From: a virus
DNA length: 40,731 nt
Virus record (IMG/VR): IMGVR_UViG_3300035670_000520
Location: 1 to 40,731 of that record
Reading direction: 5' to 3' (one strand)
The notes below the pieces were generated by a model, which saw only the letters and a program-made list of their open reading frames with translations, had not been told where the DNA came from and did no database searches. The position numbers were made by a program, and so were the translations under genes. Positions 1 through 8,284 of the stretch are shown here, in pieces. Numbering within the stretch: the stretch's first letter is position 1; each line of letters starts with the position of its first letter.

Positions 1-127
1 CAGGCTTTGATGCCGTAGAGCGTGTAGGTCATTGATTTATATGGAAAAAATTTAGTTCCCCAAATTATCCCCAAATCCTCCCAAAAATTCAGCCCTCAAT
101 CATGCCACAGACGGAGGAGACCGCCCA
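1..127. repeat. Left copy of exact 127-bp terminal direct repeat
   Basis: caggctttgatgccgtagagcg...ggaggagaccgccca at 1-127 is identical to 40605-40731. Confidence 0.95.
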
Positions 128-214
128 CCCGACGAGTGATGCTGGCGGATCGCTTCCACTACGGTAGCCCTTCTGATACAAAGCGTCCGTCCATAGTCAC
201 GGAAGACCATTTCC

Positions 215-1348
215 ATGTCGTTCGATCCAGTAAAATTTGGCCTAGTCATCGGTAGCATCTATTCGAAAATCCCGCTACCAGAGTTGAACGGCAAGCTGAG
301 AGAGCTGCACCTGCCATCGGCTGGTTCGTGGCTTAAAACCGGTCAGGTTTTGACAGACTTGGCCATCACTAAGCTTACTCCCGCCCAGGAAGACGGGATG
401 ATCAAACTCTTGGCATGGATCGAGTCCTACATTTCCTACTCGCACAAAGTCGTCACGATTTTCAATTTAGGCAGACTGAGCTCTACCGACGGATCCAAGA
501 TTTCGGATGATTTTGAACAATCTTTGCCTAGTTCTAATGTGTTGTCTAACCATCCGGGCGGGCCATTCCCAGTCCTGGCTTCAGCTTCGCAGGCTGCAGG
601 CAACAGTGGAAGGGTAGTGTTAAGAGAACGCAGATCTTCCAATAAAGGTGAGGAATTTATATTTTCTTCCTTTAAAGAATACCATGTCAGGGAAAATGTG
701 CCGTTAGCGCAGGGTGATGGTGCGGCACTCCCCAAAATTTCTCAATACTACAAGTTGATCGGCCTCAGGCGGGTTGTTTACGAACACATTGATGTTGTTA
801 GGATTTCTCACGCATCAATAGGGGCAGGTTTAGGTAGCGTAGAAATTTTGTTAGACGGAATAAAACCTGGTGGTGCGACGCTAAATCCAGAGGAGATAGC
901 TTCTCGCTCGAAGATTTACGTGTCCATTCTTAATAAGTCGCTGGCATCATCGGGGTTATCTCTGCCAGCACCTCGAAACTTCTACCATGCTATGGATAAA
1001 ATCTATAATTCTAAAGAGGGTAATATTTGCGAGCTGTTCTTTACCACTACGATTGGCGGCTCAGTGAAGCGGGAAAAAATGAAGAAAAACACCGCTGACC
1101 TACGTAGCGAAACTTGGCATGCCGGCGGTCGGAATGCCATCGCGAGCGCGGTGGTGCCAGATAGCATTGATATTTATAGGTTAAGTGTTTCTTGGAAACT
1201 GGCTTTTTCCTCTGATGAGCCTATACTTTCTATTTTGGGATCATACAAAGCTCTTAGTACAGGAGCTGTTGAACATGCGCTGATAAGCGGGTGTACGGGT
1301 CCTGAGGCCTTCGAGCATGCCTTTTCCAACCTAATTAAATATACGTGA
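215..1348 (+). CDS. Hypothetical protein, 377 aa; gene 1 of AT-rich three-gene cassette
   Basis: ATG at 215, long clean ORF, AT-rich codon usage unlike the rest of the phage, next ORF starts 4 nt after its stop; no motif recognisable by eye. Confidence 0.75.
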   Translation: MSFDPVKFGLVIGSIYSKIPLPELNGKLRELHLPSAGSWLKTGQVLTDLAITKLTPAQEDGMIKLLAWIESYISYSHKVVTIFNLGRLSSTDGSKISDDFEQSLPSSNVLSNHPGGPFPVLASASQAAGNSGRVVLRERRSSNKGEEFIFSSFKEYHVRENVPLAQGDGAALPKISQYYKLIGLRRVVYEHIDVVRISHASIGAGLGSVEILLDGIKPGGATLNPEEIASRSKIYVSILNKSLASSGLSLPAPRNFYHAMDKIYNSKEGNICELFFTTTIGGSVKREKMKKNTADLRSETWHAGGRNAIASAVVPDSIDIYRLSVSWKLAFSSDEPILSILGSYKALSTGAVEHALISGCTGPEAFEHAFSNLIKYT

Positions 1349-1352
1349 ATCT

Positions 1353-1706
1353 ATGGATATCTCCCCAACATCTGAAATAGGTCGAGAGATTATTGCGAGA
1401 TCTCATACCATTTTCAAGGGCATGGGCGGCGCAGTACTAAATTTTCAGCGTCTTTGCTATCTGTTTAATGTCACAGACTTGAGTAAAGGCGCCGAAATAG
1501 CCGCGCTTCTTTGCAAGCGAGATGTTCATATTCTCAAGCATGTGTATTTTTTTATTGATGAAAGTGACTCTCCGTTGCTTTTGCGGGATTCGGTCGTTCA
1601 TAATTATGTAAAGACTGGCGAGCTGTTTAATCCGGTAACTAATGAGCTGGTTCCCTTCGATGAAGCTGAAGAGCGAATTGTTATTGAGTTTGAGGTGATG
1701 GAATGA
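1353..1706 (+). CDS. Hypothetical protein, 117 aa; gene 2 of cassette
   Basis: ATG at 1353, 4 nt after the upstream TGA; its stop overlaps the next start (ATGA at 1703-1706). Confidence 0.7.
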   Translation: MDISPTSEIGREIIARSHTIFKGMGGAVLNFQRLCYLFNVTDLSKGAEIAALLCKRDVHILKHVYFFIDESDSPLLLRDSVVHNYVKTGELFNPVTNELVPFDEAEERIVIEFEVME

Positions 1707-2314
1707 AGCCTCTAACTCTAGGTGCGGTGAGGTCGAAAGATCTTACACCTATGTTCAGAACTTTAATTGCGAATGCCATAGAATCCTATGATGATTTTGT
1801 GGGTGTGATTAATAATCATGTCGCTCACAGTATCAGAAGCATGGTTAGAGGGAAGCACAATCTTCAAGGGTTAAAAGAAGATCAGCTGACTACCCATATT
1901 ACCAACCAGTTTGAGAGCTTCGGTTTTAATGTTAGTCACGATAAGCAAATTGGCGGTCATGTCGATATTGTAATTGAATATGATCGGTACATATGGTTTG
2001 GAGAGGCCAAGATTCATAGTAGCTATAGTAATTTGGAAAAAGGCTGGCATCAATTAACGACACGGTATATGACGGGCATGCCTGGCGAAAACGAAGGATC
2101 GTTCTTCATATATAATTACAACCAGAACGCGTTGGCTGTAACTAATGAGTGGCGTAAGTTTCTTGATGAAAACCACCCCGATGTAGAGCAGGGGGAAATC
2201 GAGGATGGCCTTCACTTCCCGACTCGCTTAAATCATGAAGGCACGGGGTTATCTCTAAAAGTTAACCACTATAATATTCCGCTTTACTTTCAACCAAAGG
2301 ATAGAGGGGATTAA
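1703..2314 (+). CDS. PD-(D/E)xK (restriction-endonuclease-fold) nuclease-like protein, 203 aa; gene 3 of cassette
   Basis: Motif E71 ... GGHVD88IVI ... 12 residues ... GE101AK103I (GAT at 1964-1966, GAG-GCC-AAG at 2003-2011); translationally coupled to gene 2. Confidence 0.65.
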   Translation: MKPLTLGAVRSKDLTPMFRTLIANAIESYDDFVGVINNHVAHSIRSMVRGKHNLQGLKEDQLTTHITNQFESFGFNVSHDKQIGGHVDIVIEYDRYIWFGEAKIHSSYSNLEKGWHQLTTRYMTGMPGENEGSFFIYNYNQNALAVTNEWRKFLDENHPDVEQGEIEDGLHFPTRLNHEGTGLSLKVNHYNIPLYFQPKDRGD

Positions 2315-3417
2315 GCAACATCAATCCACTCAGCGCCACGACTGTCGCGGTACAGATCGGTCATCTTGGCCGAACGGTGACCCAGCAGTCGTTGTGCGTC
2401 TCGACCCTCTTCCTCATGTAGCCTGGCCGCCAAGGAACGCTGTTCGTGGAAGGTTGGCGGGCTGGCTCCCAAGTCGAGACCGAGTTTCTCTGCTGCCCTG
2501 TCCCGGGCGGCGGCGAACTCTTTGCTAATTGTGTCGAGCATAATGGGGGTGCCCGCCTTTGCACGGCTGATTGTTCGGTGGTGATGCACCAGGTGCTTCG
2601 ACAGCACCTGATCCCGGCAGCGTCGTATCACTTCACCCAGGCTCAAGTTGATGCATTTCAGTGTCACGCTGGTGCTGATCCTCAGCCTGGCCCCTGTCTT
2701 CGATTGGACGACCTGCAGGAATCCGTCCACCTCATCCTTGAAAACGAATGACGCGATATCCTCCCTTCGCTGGCCGGTTATAAGGGCGAGCTCCATTGCT
2801 CGCTTGAGCCATGGCTGGGCGGCCTCCTCGTAGATCGCCTTCCACAAGTCCAAGGTGAGGCGTTGGCGCTTGACCTTTACCCTTGCAGCTTTGGTGGCCT
2901 CGACAGGATTGGTGTCGACCCAGCCCCTAGCCATGGCTTCCATGAAAAGGTCGCGCAGTAGCGAACGCATTACCCTGGCCATCTGCGCCTTGCCCTCCTT
3001 GATTAGCGTCGATAGGTTGTCGGCGATGTCCATGGTGGTCAATGAGCGGATACCGCGCTCTCCGAAGGCCTTCTCTAGTCGGTTCAGGCGCATGTGTAGG
3101 TTGCGCATGCTCGACTCTGAAAGCTCGCGCTCCAGCAGGATCTGCCGGTATTCGACGACCCATTCACTGAATTTACGGTCAGGCACCGCCGGCTCGGGGG
3201 CCATGCGCGCTGAAAGGGTGGGAGGGGCAACCTGCAGCGCCATGTTGGCGGCGACCGCCTCCACGATCGCCTTGGCCTTGTCGCTGCCCAGGCCAAACAT
3301 CCGGTTGCTTACGGGGTCGCGGTACGTGTAGTAGGTGACCCCGTTTCGCTTGTCGGTTTTCCTGTAGAGATTGGGCGGTAGGTCCTTTGATCCAGGATTA
3401 CGCGGCCTGGGCGCCAT
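2311..3417 (-). CDS. int: Tyrosine integrase, lambda Int type
   Basis: N-terminus MAPRPRNPGSKDLPPNLYRK...YYTYRDP matches the lambda Int N-terminus (DLPPNLY); C-terminal HEQRSLAARL ... LLGHRS ... TDLY catalytic motifs. ATG at 3417 preferred over the in-frame TTG at 3432. Confidence 0.92.
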   Translation of the reverse strand: MAPRPRNPGSKDLPPNLYRKTDKRNGVTYYTYRDPVSNRMFGLGSDKAKAIVEAVAANMALQVAPPTLSARMAPEPAVPDRKFSEWVVEYRQILLERELSESSMRNLHMRLNRLEKAFGERGIRSLTTMDIADNLSTLIKEGKAQMARVMRSLLRDLFMEAMARGWVDTNPVEATKAARVKVKRQRLTLDLWKAIYEEAAQPWLKRAMELALITGQRREDIASFVFKDEVDGFLQVVQSKTGARLRISTSVTLKCINLSLGEVIRRCRDQVLSKHLVHHHRTISRAKAGTPIMLDTISKEFAAARDRAAEKLGLDLGASPPTFHEQRSLAARLHEEEGRDAQRLLGHRSAKMTDLYRDSRGAEWIDVA

Positions 3418-3640
3418 AACGTGCACTCGCAATTCTATTTACAAGGGAGCTGCCCACGGGAACGCGGGGCAGCGGCTCGGGCTCCCGGTAGCAGGCGTCA
3501 GCCTCAACATAGTAGCTGCGGCCGTGTTTTACCGGTGCCGGGGTGATCAGGCCCTCGCGGGCCCAACGGCGAAGAGTGTTGCTGCTGGGCGGCGTTCTGA
3601 AGTGATCGTGCGCCCATTCGTCGAGTGTGACTTTGCACAT
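3398..3640 (-). CDS. xis: Excisionase, lambda Xis type
   Basis: MCKVTLDEWAHDHFRTPPSSNTLRRWAREGLITPAPVKHGRSYY parallels lambda Xis (LQEW...TVRRWVRE...PPPVKDGREY); GGAG 6 nt upstream of ATG 3640; 20-nt overlap with int start as in lambda. Confidence 0.85.
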   Translation of the reverse strand: MCKVTLDEWAHDHFRTPPSSNTLRRWAREGLITPAPVKHGRSYYVEADACYREPEPLPRVPVGSSLVNRIASARYGAQAA

Positions 3641-3687
3641 GGTGGTCTCCACGCCGCCGGTGGCGGCAGGTTGGTGGTCAGGCCAAT

Positions 3688-4119
3688 TCAGCCAGGGCGA
3701 AAACAATCCTGCGACAGCAGGCCCCGCCATGCGCATAGCTCATTCGGCACCTGGACGGTATCGCCGAGCTTGTCTGCGACGATGGCGCGGCAGGCGGCGA
3801 TCATGGGGCTGTCACCAGCCTGGCAAAACTCCCCGTTGCCGGTGATTCTCCAGCCAGCCCAGACGCCGTCAGCGCTCTGCGGGCAATGCAGGCTGACCAT
3901 GTGCTTCTCTATCAGCGGCCCGCCCAGCGACCAGTCTTCCCATGGGTTGTAGCGCTTGGTTTGCTCGGTCACCGAGTAGCGGTAGCGAGCGAACACCCGC
4001 CAGGGGTTACCGTACTCCGGCGGGGCCAGGAACACGTCCAAGCCCTCCGCTTTGGCTACTGCCCACCCAAGCACTTCGCCGGCCAGGTCGGCTGTCTTCA
4101 CTTCTTTCAGGTCGGTCAT
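3688..4119 (-). CDS. DUF2591 / NinX-like phage protein
   Basis: Internal ATG at 4119 (MTDLKEVKTADLAGEVLGWAVAKAEG...), the motif typical of the NinX/DUF2591 family. Confidence 0.6.
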   Translation of the reverse strand: MTDLKEVKTADLAGEVLGWAVAKAEGLDVFLAPPEYGNPWRVFARYRYSVTEQTKRYNPWEDWSLGGPLIEKHMVSLHCPQSADGVWAGWRITGNGEFCQAGDSPMIAACRAIVADKLGDTVQVPNELCAWRGLLSQDCFRPG

Positions 4120-4168
4120 AGCTTCGCCTTGGCCGCCATATCGCGGCAGTGAATAGAGGGGAGAGGGG

Positions 4169-4321
4169 TTAGAAGTCGAGAGAGTATTCAGCCAAGTAGG
4201 CTTGTTGCGGGGTCTGTCCACGCGCCCAGTTGTATTCCTTCCACAGCTCTGGCATGCCGGGCGTGTGTCCGTGCTTGGCGGCGATAGCCACTAGTTCGGC
4301 CCACCACTGTTCCCAGCTCAT
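4169..4321 (-). CDS. Small hypothetical protein, 50 aa (below the ORF-track cutoff)
   Basis: Hand translation gives MSWEQWWAELVAIAAKHGHTPGMPELWKEYNWARGQTPQQAYLAEYSLDF; its ATG overlaps the stop of the upstream gene (ATGA at 4318-4321). Confidence 0.5.
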   Translation of the reverse strand: MSWEQWWAELVAIAAKHGHTPGMPELWKEYNWARGQTPQQAYLAEYSLDF

Positions 4322-5199
4322 GGCTGGCGCGCCAGGTCAGTGCGGCAATGCTCGTCGTAGATCCGTTGCGACTCTTCGTCACCCTTCAGGCAGCCGCACC
4401 GGTGCGGATGGGCGGTGTAGTCGATATGGCAAAGGCGATTCGGGTATGGGGCGGCAGGCGTGCTTGGCTCCTGACTGGCGGACATAGCTGCTTCGATCAG
4501 CTCTCGCGTCTCATCAAGGCCGGCGTACTCATCCCAGTATTCGCGCTGAAGTGTCTCCTTCAGCTTTTGCAGCAGCGCATCCTGATCGGCAAGTTGGCCG
4601 GACAGCTCCATGGTGCGAGCGATCATTCGGTCACGCTCGCCCTTCACCTGCTCCAATAGCGCTTCGCGAAGGCCATATGACCTCTCAATGGACCTCAGCC
4701 GCTCAACCTCGCCAGGATCGGCGCGGGTGTAGACAGGCTCCCAGCTGTCGCCATCACCCAGCGTATCGCCGCGTACATTGCTGATCATGACTGCATCGCA
4801 GTCATAATCTGGCTCGCCATTTCGGAATCGAACCCACGCCACCGGCTCTCTATGTTTCTGCTCGGCTGGCCCGGTTGCGGTCATCGGCCCCAGGCCAACA
4901 ATCGGCAGCCCAGTCGCCGCCGCATCCCTCTCTGCCTCTTCTTTGGTCCACCAGATGGCAGTACCAACCGTCCACGCTATCGGCTCGGCGTGGGACTGCG
5001 GGGCTGGCGCTGCCAAAATGGTGCGGAGCTTGTTCAAAGCCTGGAACTGATCGTCCTTCTGATCGGTACCGCTTTTGTAGCCGTGCCATTTGAGGCCGGC
5101 GGCGAATTCGATGACTTCGCGCGGCACGCTTACCATATCGATGATCCCCTCGATATGGTCATGCTGCTCGATGGTGCTGGATCGGTTTTCTGTGGGCAT
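4318..5199 (-). CDS. Hypothetical early-left-operon protein, 293 aa
   Basis: Long ORF in the co-oriented leftward gene string; coiled-coil-like central part; no recognised motif. Confidence 0.7.
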   Translation of the reverse strand: MPTENRSSTIEQHDHIEGIIDMVSVPREVIEFAAGLKWHGYKSGTDQKDDQFQALNKLRTILAAPAPQSHAEPIAWTVGTAIWWTKEEAERDAAATGLPIVGLGPMTATGPAEQKHREPVAWVRFRNGEPDYDCDAVMISNVRGDTLGDGDSWEPVYTRADPGEVERLRSIERSYGLREALLEQVKGERDRMIARTMELSGQLADQDALLQKLKETLQREYWDEYAGLDETRELIEAAMSASQEPSTPAAPYPNRLCHIDYTAHPHRCGCLKGDEESQRIYDEHCRTDLARQP

Positions 5200-5212
5200 T
5201 GGTTACTCCGGA

Positions 5213-5599
5213 TCAGGCGGCCTTATGGCTTTCGGGTGTCCAGTCTGCCCAGCCGATAACGGGCATTCTGGTCTTGGGGCTGAGGATCTTCTTGCCCTTC
5301 TCGTCGAGCAGGGCTGCTTTGCAGCGGATCTTGAGGTCGCGGCATGCACCGGCCTTTTTGGCCAGCTCGATGAACTGCCTCGCGTGCTGCGGGGTGTCGA
5401 ACAGGGTGCTGAGCTGCTTGACCTTCACTCCGGCCATGATGGCGTCAGCGTTGCGCTGAACAGCTTCAAGCCACTCTTCGAGAGTGATCTCAACTGGCGG
5501 AACCCCCTGCTTGCCGCTGGGCTTGGTGTTTTTGGTGCTCTTGCGTGCGTCGGCAAGCGCCTGGGCGGCGGTCATGCCAAAAACTGCGAACGTGCTCAT
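5213..5599 (-). CDS. Hypothetical protein, 128 aa
   Basis: ORF closely packed with its neighbours on the minus strand. Confidence 0.65.
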   Translation of the reverse strand: MSTFAVFGMTAAQALADARKSTKNTKPSGKQGVPPVEITLEEWLEAVQRNADAIMAGVKVKQLSTLFDTPQHARQFIELAKKAGACRDLKIRCKAALLDEKGKKILSPKTRMPVIGWADWTPESHKAA

Positions 5600-5602
5600 G
5601 GC

Positions 5603-5911
5603 TCACTCCAGGCAGTTCAGGGCTTCCTTGAGCAGCTGCTCAACCGAAAGCTCGCGGTCATCAGTATCGAGTGCGCGCCGTATCCAGCGGGCGGCATCCT
5701 CGGCGTTGTCTCGAAGCTCGTCGGCATCGCGCGACTCGTCATCGAGCTGATCTTCCAAGCGGCGGATTTCCTCCCGCAGCTCTTCGGCAGCCGCGCTTGG
5801 GTCAAGTCCTTGCTCGGTAATCCGTCGCGCGAGCTCCGCTGCAGCGCCTGGCTCGAGCGCGGCGTAGTGCAGAAGCTCATCTTCTTTCAGGGCATTCACA
5901 GGGATGCTCAC
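5603..5911 (-). CDS. Hypothetical acidic coiled-coil protein, 102 aa
   Basis: ORF 3 nt upstream of the next gene on the minus strand. Confidence 0.6.
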   Translation of the reverse strand: MSIPVNALKEDELLHYAALEPGAAAELARRITEQGLDPSAAAEELREEIRRLEDQLDDESRDADELRDNAEDAARWIRRALDTDDRELSVEQLLKEALNCLE

Positions 5912-5994
5912 GGCAATCTCCAGGCAGGCGCCGCCCTCGCCGGGGAGGCGTTACCGTTGAATAGGGGAAGGCGCTGGCGGGCAGCGACGGAGGG

Positions 5995-6378
5995 TCAGGC
6001 CCTGCGGACCTTGAAGCCGAACATGCACTCGATGTCGTGGTACTCGCACCGCTCGTAGGCCTTGTACTTGGCCTGCGAGGGCGTGCTGGCGAATACATCG
6101 ACGATGGTGCGATTGGTGATATCCCACCAGTCCCAGCCATTGACCAGCACCTGGTATCGCTTCAGCGGCAGCTTCTCGGCCATCTCGCCGTACTGCATCT
6201 CCCAGGTGGGGTGGTAGTTGCGGATGCGCTTCTTCGGGTCGCTGTCGAGGATCACGCCGATGTAGTGTCCACGGTCGGCCATGATCACGCCAGGCTCGCC
6301 GTTGGCGATCACGCGGCGCCCAATCTCGGCCGGCACGTCGTAGTGGCGGCGAACGTAGTCGCAGTTGTAGTTGCTCAT
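5995..6378 (-). CDS. Hypothetical protein, 127 aa (alternative start 6390)
   Basis: ATG at 6378 has GGAG 6 nt upstream; the in-frame ATG at 6390 is also possible. Confidence 0.65.
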   Translation of the reverse strand: MSNYNCDYVRRHYDVPAEIGRRVIANGEPGVIMADRGHYIGVILDSDPKKRIRNYHPTWEMQYGEMAEKLPLKRYQVLVNGWDWWDITNRTIVDVFASTPSQAKYKAYERCEYHDIECMFGFKVRRA

Positions 6379-6486
6379 GGCTTTCTCCATGCATGCGCCG
6401 CCCTCCGTGGCCGTAAGAGGCGGTGGTAAATTCTGATTGGATGCGGTATTGATGCGACCCCCTTAAACAATGCGGAGATTTCCAGA

Positions 6487-6765
6487 ATGGGCGGCATCAA
6501 GCGCTTGATGGAAGACGAAGACGCGAAGTACAGCGAAGCGGTGCATATCGCTATCGAAGCGGGCACCCTGACAGAGTGCGAGGTTCATGACGGTACCTAT
6601 TTCTCAGACTCCGGCGACATCGGCGAAGCCGAGGAACTGGCGCGCGAGAAATTCGAAAAGGGTGAAGTCAGCAACTTCGATGACGTCGAAGAGCTGGTCA
6701 AAAAGGTTGTAGCGGTCTGTGAAGAACTCGGCGCTGAAGAGTGCTTCAGCTGTGACTACGACTAA
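6487..6765 (+). CDS. Small, very acidic hypothetical protein, 92 aa, encoded opposite to the surrounding leftward operon
   Basis: ATG at 6487; by hand count about 27 D/E versus 8 K/R residues; C-terminal CEELGAEECFSC. Confidence 0.55.
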   Translation: MGGIKRLMEDEDAKYSEAVHIAIEAGTLTECEVHDGTYFSDSGDIGEAEELAREKFEKGEVSNFDDVEELVKKVVAVCEELGAEECFSCDYD

Positions 6766-6778
6766 AGAAGGCCGATCG

Positions 6779-7129
6779 TCATAGCGGTGGCATGATCTCG
6801 TCCCCGGGGTCACGCCTAAGCTCGGCAAGGCTGGCGTCGTTGAACTGACGCGCCAGCTTTGGCGATATGTAAAAAGCTGGCGCGTCAGGACGCTCAAGCC
6901 TGCGCGCCCGCTCTTCAGGATCCTGCGCAATCCACGACAGCGCCAAGTCCTGCCAGAGCTCCTGCACCTGGTCGTAACCGTGGTGCTCGATCTCGGCAGC
7001 CATGGCCGACTTGATCCCGGCTGGCATGTTGAAGAACACCTTCTCGATGCCTAGCTTCTCGGCCTTCTTCTTCTCGCGATCGCGGTAGTCCGCCGAGTGC
7101 TTCGCGGCTCCGGTCTTCTCCTCGGCCAT
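6779..7129 (-). CDS. Hypothetical protein, 116 aa
   Basis: ATG at 7129 preceded by GGGAGG; sequence MAEEKTGAAKHSADYRDREKKKAEKLGIEKVFF... looks like genuine protein. Confidence 0.65.
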   Translation of the reverse strand: MAEEKTGAAKHSADYRDREKKKAEKLGIEKVFFNMPAGIKSAMAAEIEHHGYDQVQELWQDLALSWIAQDPEERARRLERPDAPAFYISPKLARQFNDASLAELRRDPGDEIMPPL

Positions 7130-7616
7130 GGCCGATACCTCCCAAGCCGCTGGGCGGCAAATTGATGTGCTGCTGACTCCAGGCGCCGACAGCGGCAAAG
7201 ACCTTTGCGGCCTCTGCTTCGTCGAGCGTTGTGTCTGTGGGTATGGCGATCCAGCCGGCCGCCACCAGGTGATTAGGGTTTGCGGTGGCCCGCAGATCCA
7301 TGTAAGTAGCGTCGATCACGTCGGCCAGATGCTCGCCGCGATAGTTACCCTGCGGCACGATCTCGATCGACTTGTGGTACCGCTCACCGAGTTCTGTCCG
7401 GCAAAGCACGCTGAGGTAGATGGTCCAGCGGTGCGGGATGTCGCAGACCGCGTCGACGACCTGCCGCACGCAGATCTGCTTGAGGTTCTTCCGATTGATC
7501 AGAACCTGCTGCCCACTGGGGTCGATGTTCATCACGGCCGCGTGGTTGGCAGATACCAGGGCCCTACTGGTGCGCTCAAGCCGGGAGCGCATGTTGTGGG
7601 GCTTACGCTTGCTCAT
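6915..7616 (-). CDS. Hypothetical protein, 233 aa as read; the last ~70 aa overlap the next gene in another frame (3' end uncertain)
   Basis: ATG at 7616 overlaps the upstream stop (ATGA). The N-terminal ~160 aa look protein-like; the R/G-rich tail after ...AAVGAWSQQ looks like off-frame sequence. Confidence 0.55.
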   Translation of the reverse strand: MSKRKPHNMRSRLERTSRALVSANHAAVMNIDPSGQQVLINRKNLKQICVRQVVDAVCDIPHRWTIYLSVLCRTELGERYHKSIEIVPQGNYRGEHLADVIDATYMDLRATANPNHLVAAGWIAIPTDTTLDEAEAAKVFAAVGAWSQQHINLPPSGLGGIGHGRGEDRSREALGGLPRSREEEGREARHREGVLQHASRDQVGHGCRDRAPRLRPGAGALAGLGAVVDCAGS

Positions 7617-7882
7617 TGCATGCCGCCTTGCTTGCTCGCCGCGCCTGCCTCCATGACATCTACAAACCGGAGGGCGGTCTCGTAGGTGAAGGCGAAACCC
7701 TGCTTGGTGCCGGTGGCGATCTCGACCACATCCCAAACTTTGCCCTTTCCCGAAGCCTGGTAGCGCGGCGCACCTTTGCCGATCTTGGCGAATGCTTCGT
7801 TGCGGGCCTCCTGGGTGCGCGCCAGAAGCGCCTTGAGCATGTCCACCTTCTCTTGGAAGGCCGGGTGCATTGTGGTCTGCAT
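7613..7882 (-). CDS. Hypothetical protein, 89 aa
   Basis: ATG at 7882 with GAGGA 6 nt upstream. Confidence 0.65.
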   Translation of the reverse strand: MQTTMHPAFQEKVDMLKALLARTQEARNEAFAKIGKGAPRYQASGKGKVWDVVEIATGTKQGFAFTYETALRFVDVMEAGAASKQGGMQ

Positions 7883-7900
7883 GGTTGATCCTCGAGTGGG

Positions 7901-8284
7901 TCAGGCGTGGTATTCGAAGGCCTCGGCCTTGCGAACGATTCGAACTTGGGCGGTGCGGCGCTCAGGGGCGCGGCGGTCGCGGCGCATTGGGTCGCCGTCG
8001 TCGATCACCGCATGCATGGCGATGAGGCTGGCGAGCATGATGCAGAGCGGGCTGATGATCTGTTGGCGCATGGCCTTGGTGACCGCCTCGATGCGGCGTC
8101 CGGCTTCCAGCTTGAACAGCGCGGCCTCGATACGGTTGGCCACGGTGCCAGGGCTGACCGCCATCTCGCGGGCGATTTCTTTGGTGGTGAGGCCTTGAGC
8201 CACCCACAGCAGAGCTTCGAGCTCACGGGGAGCCAGCGCCTTGCCGAGCTGGCCAATCCATGAGCCGCAAGTGATCGTTTCCAT
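7901..8284 (-). CDS. LuxR/GerE-type HTH protein with a C-terminal hydrophobic segment, 127 aa; first gene of the leftward operon
   Basis: LAPRELEALLWVAQGLTTKEIAREMAVSPGTVANRIEAALFKL is a LuxR C-terminal-type HTH; it is followed by ISPLCIMLASLIAMHAVI; ATG at 8284 with GAGGA upstream. Confidence 0.75.
   Translation of the reverse strand: METITCGSWIGQLGKALAPRELEALLWVAQGLTTKEIAREMAVSPGTVANRIEAALFKLEAGRRIEAVTKAMRQQIISPLCIMLASLIAMHAVIDDGDPMRRDRRAPERRTAQVRIVRKAEAFEYHA

Noticed and set aside
1-214. tRNA fragment or attP core at the window junction
   Set aside because: No T-loop/acceptor-like sequence (for example GGTTCGAATCC) or obvious core repeat could be recognised by eye. The attP location remains unresolved.
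215-1348. HEPN-like Rx4H (RVVYEH) in the 377-aa protein and Rx6H (RSMVRGKH) in the 203-aa protein
   Set aside because: Such short patterns are expected by chance and there is no supporting helical context that I can verify by eye.
2446-3331. Plus-strand ORFs inside int (2446-2751, 2648-2833 and 2855-3331)
   Set aside because: They are shadow ORFs opposite a gene with unmistakable lambda Int similarity.
5090-6058. Plus-strand ORFs overlapping the leftward operon (for example 5090-6058, 6037-6429, 7128-7685 and 7776-8198)
   Set aside because: They are antisense to better-supported, tightly coupled minus-strand genes, and their translations look like off-frame GC-rich sequence.
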